Below, piece after piece: positions 57,507-64,000 of a stretch of DNA of 64,000 nt. The DNA comes from Chitinophagales bacterium (lineage in GTDB: Bacteria > Bacteroidota > Bacteroidia > Chitinophagales > UBA10324): NCBI GenBank assembly GCA_038326325.1, contig JBBQJW010000010.1, positions 65,187 to 129,186 on the forward strand. Direction: 5' to 3'. Positions within the stretch are counted from its first letter, which is position 1. Each line of letters begins with the position of its first letter. Position numbers and translations under genes: made by a program. Below the pieces are notes generated by a model. That model searched no databases. It was not told the origin of the DNA and saw only the letters and a list, made by a program, of their open reading frames with translations.

Positions 57507-57912
57507 AACTCTCCACCGCTAACTTGTAACTATTCATTCCAAAGCCTGAAATAATTCCCTTGCATTTTGCAGTGAGTAATGATGTATGCCTGAACTCTTC
57601 GCGCGCCGCGGGGTTACTTATATGAACTTCAACCACAGGAGTTTTAATGGAAGCAATACAATCGGCAATAGCAACTGAAGTATGAGTGTATCCGCCCGCG
57701 TTTAAAATAATTCCATCGTAACTGAAACCAACCTTCTGCAAATAATTAATCAGTTCGCCTTCCACATTGCTTTGAAAATATTCAAGTGTAACAGTCTGGA
57801 AATTTTTTTTCAGCATTTCAAAAAATTCTTCAAACGATTGGTTGCCGTAAATATGCGGTTCGCGTATTCCGAGTAAATTCAGATTAGGTCCATTAACAAT
57901 TGCGAGCTTCAT
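57496..57912 (-). CDS. aroQ: Type II 3-dehydroquinate dehydratase
   Basis: NGPNLNLLG.REP..YG and the INAGGYTHTSVA and H.SN motifs are present. Confidence 0.92.
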   Translation of the reverse strand: MKLAIVNGPNLNLLGIREPHIYGNQSFEEFFEMLKKNFQTVTLEYFQSNVEGELINYLQKVGFSYDGIILNAGGYTHTSVAIADCIASIKTPVVEVHISNPAAREEFRHTSLLTAKCKGIISGFGMNSYKLAVESFIS

Positions 57913-57999
57913 TTATAGTGAACAGTTTTGTCAAATATCAATAACAAATCGTGAAACGGATACTGCTGTTTACCAACCCGTCGTTCATTCCTTTGTTTC

Positions 58000-58917
58000 A
58001 TGGACTGGAATTCGACCATCAAAGGTTTTGGCTCTTATTTAAAACTCGAGCGCTCGGTATCGCCGAACACGCTTGAGGCGTATTTGCACGATGTGGAAAT
58101 GCTCAGTCATTTTTTTTCGGAGCAGGATAAAAAAATTGCGCCTGAAGATGTGAAGCAGGAACACCTGCAGGAATTCATCGCCACCATCAACGAAAAAAAA
58201 ATGTCGGATTATTCGCAGGGAAGAATTCTCAGTGGCATCCGCGCGTTTTATAAGTACATGCAGATGGAAGATATTTCGGACAACGATCCCACGAAATTAA
58301 TTTCTGGTCCAAAGCTGCGACGACAACTGCCTGATATTTTAAGTTATCCCGAAATAGAATCTATTCTAAATGCCATTGATCAAAGCACTCCCGATGGAGT
58401 TCGTAATCGCGCGATATTAGAATTGCTTTATAGCAGTGGGTTGCGCGTGAGTGAAGCAGTGAATCTTAAAATCTCGAATCTTTTTTTCGATGTCGGATTT
58501 ATAAAAGTGATTGGGAAAGGCGATAAAGAAAGATTAGTTCCAATTGGTGATTCGGCAATCAAGCACATCAATATTTATAAAAATGAAATTCGAGTTCATG
58601 CGAACATTAAAAAGGATTTCGAAAACTTTATATTTCTGAATAGTCGCGGTGCGTCACTTTCGCGCGTAATGGTTTTTCTGGTGATAAAAGATGCCGTGAC
58701 GAAAGCAGGAATAAAAAAGACTGTGAGTCCGCACACCTTTCGTCACTCGTTCGCGACACATTTAATTGAAGGTGGTGCCGACCTCCGGGCAGTTCAGGAA
58801 ATGCTCGGTCACGCAAGTATTACTACAACCGAAATTTATACTCACTTAGACAGAGATTATCTCAGACAAAGTTTGATCGAGCATCATCCGATTTATAGTA
58901 GAAAGGAGAAAGCATAA
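58000..58917 (+). CDS. xerD: Tyrosine site-specific recombinase XerD-like
   Basis: It has an N-terminal SAM-like domain (YLKLERSVSPNTLEAYLHD) and the catalytic residues ...R...HTFRHSFATHLIEGGADLRAVQEMLGHASITTTEIYTH. Confidence 0.88.
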   Translation: MDWNSTIKGFGSYLKLERSVSPNTLEAYLHDVEMLSHFFSEQDKKIAPEDVKQEHLQEFIATINEKKMSDYSQGRILSGIRAFYKYMQMEDISDNDPTKLISGPKLRRQLPDILSYPEIESILNAIDQSTPDGVRNRAILELLYSSGLRVSEAVNLKISNLFFDVGFIKVIGKGDKERLVPIGDSAIKHINIYKNEIRVHANIKKDFENFIFLNSRGASLSRVMVFLVIKDAVTKAGIKKTVSPHTFRHSFATHLIEGGADLRAVQEMLGHASITTTEIYTHLDRDYLRQSLIEHHPIYSRKEKA

Positions 58918-58944
58918 AGCGGAAATTTTTTCGCTGCTGTTTTT
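58918..58944 (+). terminator. Possible rho-independent terminator after xerD
   Basis: AGCGGA-aatttt-TTCGCT hairpin (6 bp with one G-T pair), followed by GCTGTTTTT. Confidence 0.35.
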
Positions 58945-59159
58945 CAGATTTATTATTTCTATTTTATCATTTACAGATTATCATTTCTCCTTGATAACGA
59001 AATCTTACATTCGCAACCCCAATTGAATCACAGATTGACAGTCAGAACGAAAATTTTTCACTCAAAACTGTCAGAATTGTCTGCAAATTTCCATCGGCAC
59101 AATTAGTGACTATCGGGGTCGCACGATAAATTTTAAAAACCAAATCAATAAATAACACA

Positions 59160-59438
59160 ATGGCAAAAGTTGCATTAAAACCAATTGCAGACCGCGTAAT
59201 AATAAAGGCGGCAGCAGCAGAAGAAACCACTAAAGGTGGAATCATCATTCCTGATACAGCTAAAGAAAAACCACAGCGTGGTGAAGTAATAGCAGTAGGA
59301 ACAGGAAAAAAAGACGAACCAATGACTGTTAAAGTCGGCGACACTGTTCTTTATGGCAAGTATGCCGGAACTGAAGTTACTGTTGAAGGAACTGATTACT
59401 TAATCATGCGCGAATCTGACATTTTCGCTGTAATCTAA
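59160..59438 (+). CDS. groES: Co-chaperonin GroES
   Basis: [11 protein letters not shown]......[24 protein letters not shown] is the canonical sequence. Confidence 0.96.
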   Translation: MAKVALKPIADRVIIKAAAAEETTKGGIIIPDTAKEKPQRGEVIAVGTGKKDEPMTVKVGDTVLYGKYAGTEVTVEGTDYLIMRESDIFAVI

Positions 59439-59510
59439 ATCAGTTGGCAGTTTGCAATTGGCTGTTTGCTGATTTCAAATGTCAATACATAATTCATCAA
59501 ATAATCTTAA

Positions 59511-61169
<1,659 letters not shown>

Positions 61170-61235
61170 TAAATGAAAAGTTAAAAATTAAAAGTTAAAA
61201 ATTTTTCACTTTTAGATTTTCATTTTTAATTAATT

Positions 61236-61276
61236 AAAAATCCCGCTTCGATTTATTTCGGAGCGGGATTTTTTTT
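61236..61276 (+). terminator. Rho-independent (bidirectional-looking) terminator after groEL
   Basis: AAAAA-TCCCGCTTCGA-tttatt-TCGGAGCGGGA-TTTTTTTT forms an 11-bp stem with one G-T pair, an A-run upstream and a T-run downstream. Confidence 0.78.
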
Positions 61277-61312
61277 ATTTTATAATTTAGCACCCATCAA
61301 AATTTTCAAACC

Positions 61313-61561
61313 ATGAAATATGGAGCTATAAGTATTGACCCCGAAACAATGGGTGGAACTCCGGTGTTTTCAGGAACACGGGTTCCTCTTCAAACTCTTT
61401 TTGATTATTTGGAAGGTGGCGATTCTATTGAAGATTTTATTGACGACTATCCAAGTGTTACAAAAGAAAACGCAATCGAAGTGCTTGAAATGGCTAAGCA
61501 AACTATCACTACCGAAAAAACGCTGAATGAAAATTTTGCTGGACGAAAATCTGCCGCGTAA
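61313..61561 (+). CDS. DUF433 family protein (putative antitoxin)
   Basis: IDPETMGGTPVFSGTRVPLQTLFDYLEGGDSIEDFIDDYPSVTKE is the canonical DUF433 core. It overlaps the downstream gene by 35 nt. Confidence 0.8.
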   Translation: MKYGAISIDPETMGGTPVFSGTRVPLQTLFDYLEGGDSIEDFIDDYPSVTKENAIEVLEMAKQTITTEKTLNENFAGRKSAA

Positions 61562-61850
61562 ACTCAAGGCCGATTTTGGAGAAGGGTATGAAGTTAAAAC
61601 CGTGCGCGATATGGAATGGCTCGGAAAGAAAAACGGTGAACTGCTCGGACTTATAACTTTTAATGGGTTTGACTTTTTTATAACAATTGATAAGAACCTG
61701 CAACATCAGCAGAATCTCGACAAATTCAATATCACCATTTTTCTTCTTCTCGCAAAAAACAACCGCCTTGAAACACTTCAATTTCTTGTTTCGAAAATAA
61801 AGGACAAAATTACTTCGGGTGATTTCGCTAAGCTGAATGTGATTGAGTAA
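61527..61850 (+). CDS. DUF5615 family PIN-like/Mut7-C-like protein (putative toxin)
   Basis: MKILLDENLPRKL......GYEV.TV...W.G..NGELL........DFFIT.DKNL..QQNL is the typical DUF5615 pattern, and the family is commonly paired with DUF433. Confidence 0.8.
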   Translation: MKILLDENLPRKLKADFGEGYEVKTVRDMEWLGKKNGELLGLITFNGFDFFITIDKNLQHQQNLDKFNITIFLLLAKNNRLETLQFLVSKIKDKITSGDFAKLNVIE

Positions 61851-61870
61851 TTTTTCACTTTTCACAAAAT

Positions 61871-61910
61871 AAAAATCCCGCTTCGATTTATTTCGGAGCG
61901 GGATTTTTTT
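61871..61910. terminator. Second, identical copy of the groEL terminator hairpin, between the toxin gene and the convergent GLPGLI gene
   Basis: It is 40/40 nt identical to 61236-61275 (AAAAATCCCGCTTCGATTTATTTCGGAGCGGGATTTTTTT). Confidence 0.75.
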
Positions 61911-61956
61911 ATCTGAGCTTGATTGCAAATCGAGCAGAACTGATATTCTTTGCTTT

Positions 61957-62655
61957 TCAATCCCTGTCCACCTTCTGCAATTTTATAAACTCTTCTTCGG
62001 TTACTTCTTTTCCTTTAGTTGGAATAATGATTACATCGGGCTGTAACGGTTTTTGCTCAACGAGAGTAGCTCGATAAATTTCGTTTCCGTTTTTAATATC
62101 CAATTTTAAAATAAGACCAGGTAGCTCACAATATCCTTTCGGCCCTGTCGAAAAAGGAATTTGCGGAGTAAACCATGCTACCACATTATTGGTATCATTT
62201 TGTAAAACTGCTTTCATGCAGGTATATCCGGCTATGGTATCCTGGTCACCGGATATTTTCCATTTAAATGTTTTCAAGTTTGATTTAAGGAGAAATATTT
62301 TACCCTTAATAACACGATTTTCAACTACTTTCTTTTCTAAGTAATTAGTATAAAGTTTTACTTCACTGTTTTCCATTCCCGCTACATATAGCTCTTCCCC
62401 TTGTAAATTAAACACGGGAATCCCGTGTGCAAAAGCTTCTTCTTTATCAGTCATTTGCCAAAGGCTTTCGTTGCTGCGATACAGCAATTCCATTTTTGTA
62501 TTCGGCAAATTGAATTTTAATTTAAAAGTATCTTTAACAACTAAAGTTTGTTGTATATACACAATCCGAAATTCTCCTGACTGTGCGTGCAATTTTTTTT
62601 CAATTGAAAAAATCAGAATCAGCAATAGAAAAGTAAAGATGAATTTGTTTTTCAT
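61957..62655 (-). CDS. GLPGLI family protein
   Basis: It has a signal peptide. The family-defining motif is present as GYCELPGLILKLD, and the size (~230 aa) is typical of the TIGR01200 family. Confidence 0.85.
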   Translation of the reverse strand: MKNKFIFTFLLLILIFSIEKKLHAQSGEFRIVYIQQTLVVKDTFKLKFNLPNTKMELLYRSNESLWQMTDKEEAFAHGIPVFNLQGEELYVAGMENSEVKLYTNYLEKKVVENRVIKGKIFLLKSNLKTFKWKISGDQDTIAGYTCMKAVLQNDTNNVVAWFTPQIPFSTGPKGYCELPGLILKLDIKNGNEIYRATLVEQKPLQPDVIIIPTKGKEVTEEEFIKLQKVDRD

Positions 62656-62744
62656 TCAAGAAAATAATCTATTTTGTTCACGCAGGGTTACCCAATTAGC
62701 AACCCTGCACCTCTACTCCTTCATTTTTATCAAAAATTCGCACA

Positions 62745-62849
62745 TTTTTGTGCATTTCAGTCAATATTTTGTGCATTTCCAGGCTTTTTTTGTGCACTTT
62801 TCTCAATTTTTTGTGCACTTCTTTCATTTTTTTGTGCACAATTGTCTTC
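62745..62849 (+). repeat. Five head-to-tail 21-bp repeats with the core (T/A)TTTTGTGCA(T/C)
   Basis: The units are TTTTTGTGCATTTCAGTCAAT / ATTTTGTGCATTTCCAGGCTT / TTTTTGTGCACTTTTCTCAAT / TTTTTGTGCACTTCTTTCATT / TTTTTGTGCACAATTGTCTTC. GTGCA starts at 62750, 62771, 62792, 62813 and 62834, exactly 21 nt apart. Confidence 0.9.
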
Positions 62850-62881
62850 CGTTAAATCAAATGAAGCTCAATAATGCACAA

Positions 62882-63820
62882 TTATCTGGAAACTATGCAC
62901 ACAAACACCGCAGTTTTTAATGCATCGGGGTTCATAACGGTTATTTTGCTGTAGCCCTTCATTACTCCAAACTCATTATTGGGTGCAATTATTATAGGAA
63001 TGCCTGCTGTGTTGGTTCCCTGATATATATGTATGGCGCAGGTGCCTAAATTTTTTACCGAACTGCCTAACTGAATGCCGCCAACAGTTTTTTTCTGCCC
63101 GGGAATTAATTTAGTGGTGCGGGTTATGGGTTTGCGCTTGCTGTCGTCGACTTCGTAACCCCAGCTGCCGCATTTTTTCTGGTTGGTGCTAAACAGCCCC
63201 ATTAAAAAAGCGCCTATACCAATCAGGTGGTTGCGCACCGGGTTCCATAAAACATCGCGCTGTGCGGTGGCTTGTTCGGCGTCCATGGCGGCGGCGATAA
63301 AATTGCCGTGAGCAACTTTTGCAAGACTTGTGTTTGCAAGGTCGGTGGTTAGGTTTATAGCGTTTTCGGTTAAATAGGGTTCCAGCGGGCTGGTGCCTGC
63401 GGCATAAGTATTATGCTTGGCCACAAAAGTGGTGTATATGGTGGTTCGGTTTATAAATTCTTTGGGCAAATTAATTTTATTGGCAGCGAGTGGAATGGTC
63501 CAGTCGCCCAATTTATTGGGGTTGCTTTTAAATAATTTTTTCAGAAACTGAATTTCGCCCTGCCATCTTTTGTCAATGGGGTCCCAGAGATGGTCGCGAT
63601 GCTCGCGCTCAATTTCGGCGGTTTTGTTTTTTGTGTTTCGAAGCAGTTCCTCTGCATCGGCATTGGTGCCAGCCGTGTTATCGGTGGCCAGCACAATTGC
63701 TTCTTCGGTCATAAACGGTCGAATAACACTGGCTGCGCCATCGAGTGTGTCTTTTGCTTTTACTTTTACGAATAGGTCTCTTGAAAGTAAAAAATTGTCG
63801 GGGTAAATAATTCTGCCCAT
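62882..63820 (-). CDS. Hypothetical protein (312 aa), compositionally atypical (GC-rich), no family recognised
   Basis: It is a long ORF with consistent coding-like composition. Spot counts of the 60-nt lines at 63181 and 63241 give 31/60 and 36/60 G+C, whereas the surrounding AT-rich DNA gives about 18-25/60. Confidence 0.6.
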   Translation of the reverse strand: MGRIIYPDNFLLSRDLFVKVKAKDTLDGAASVIRPFMTEEAIVLATDNTAGTNADAEELLRNTKNKTAEIEREHRDHLWDPIDKRWQGEIQFLKKLFKSNPNKLGDWTIPLAANKINLPKEFINRTTIYTTFVAKHNTYAAGTSPLEPYLTENAINLTTDLANTSLAKVAHGNFIAAAMDAEQATAQRDVLWNPVRNHLIGIGAFLMGLFSTNQKKCGSWGYEVDDSKRKPITRTTKLIPGQKKTVGGIQLGSSVKNLGTCAIHIYQGTNTAGIPIIIAPNNEFGVMKGYSKITVMNPDALKTAVFVCIVSR

Positions 63821-64000
63821 GGTAGTAAGTGGTTTTGTTGGTGAAGAATTTTATGAAGATGAAAAAAAATTATTTCAAATGAGTGTAACACTATACCATC
63901 CCGCAGAATCGTGCACTAAAAATATATTTATTTTCAGACTTTCAAATAAAAATAATTAATTATTGAAGCAAAAAAAAATGGTTGAACTCTTCTCTGCTGC

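Noticed and set aside
61509-61928. 139-aa minus-strand ORF covering the toxin gene and the second terminator copy.
   Set aside because: It is antisense to the clearly recognisable DUF5615 gene and runs through the terminator hairpin. Its sequence is low-complexity (K/F/L-rich).
62745-62849. Possibility that the 21-bp repeat array is a CRISPR array.
   Set aside because: The units are contiguous with no spacers. The period (21 bp) is far below CRISPR repeat+spacer lengths, and no cas genes are present in the window.
62471-62920. Plus-strand ORFs (62471-62920 and 62674-62874) encoding FFVHF-type heptad repeats (FVHFSQYFVHFQAFFVHFSQFFVHF).
   Set aside because: The 7-aa periodicity is just the 21-bp DNA repeat read in frame. 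The longer ORF overlaps the well-supported GLPGLI gene on the opposite strand, and the peptide is implausibly low-complexity. I treat both as translation artefacts of the repeat array.
63978-64000. Possible start of a plus-strand gene (ATGGTTGAACTCTTCTCTGCTGC) running off the right edge.
   Set aside because: Only 23 nt are visible, which is too short to support any call.

Overview
AT-rich chromosomal segment that is almost certainly from a member of the Bacteroidota. The evidence is four predicted T9SS cargo proteins (two with type-A and two with type-B C-terminal sorting domains), GLPGLI and GWxTD family proteins, and a Bacteroidetes-style sdhCAB/frdCAB operon. I support about 50 protein-coding genes and could not recognise any rRNA, tRNA, CRISPR array, transposase or phage genes by eye. 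Housekeeping content: sdhCAB, ribE, an ABC-F ATPase, an ALDH7-type aldehyde dehydrogenase, aroQ, xerD, groES-groEL, an M16 peptidase pair, and a complete GDP-D-glycero-alpha-D-manno-heptose pathway (gmhA, hddA, gmhB, hddC). Accessory or unusual content, left to right: (1) A five-gene minus-strand operon at 812-6124. It couples a NitT/TauT-type ABC importer to a membrane-anchored binding protein fused to an OmpA-like domain and to two coiled-coil proteins, one of which looks like a TM-anchored PspA/ESCRT-III relative. (2) A tightly overlapping DoxX-like / DUF2071 / TM-methyltransferase / small membrane protein operon. (3) A visibly GC-richer two-gene block: a VIT-vWA-TonB_C protein plus a lipoprotein with a His...Cys motif. 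(4) An 11.7 kb translationally coupled operon of two giant T9SS adhesin-like proteins plus two small double-FN3 proteins, bordered by 1.1 kb of decayed gene remnants. (5) Tandem heptanucleotide (GTGAAAA)n tracts encoding the signal-peptide cores of both M16 peptidase genes. (6) A DUF433/DUF5615 toxin-antitoxin pair bracketed by a duplicated copy of the groEL terminator. (7) Five perfectly phased 21-bp TTTTGTGCA-core repeats at a sharp compositional boundary next to a GC-rich orphan gene at the right edge of the window. All functional calls rest on motif recognition from the translated ORFs. No database search was run.
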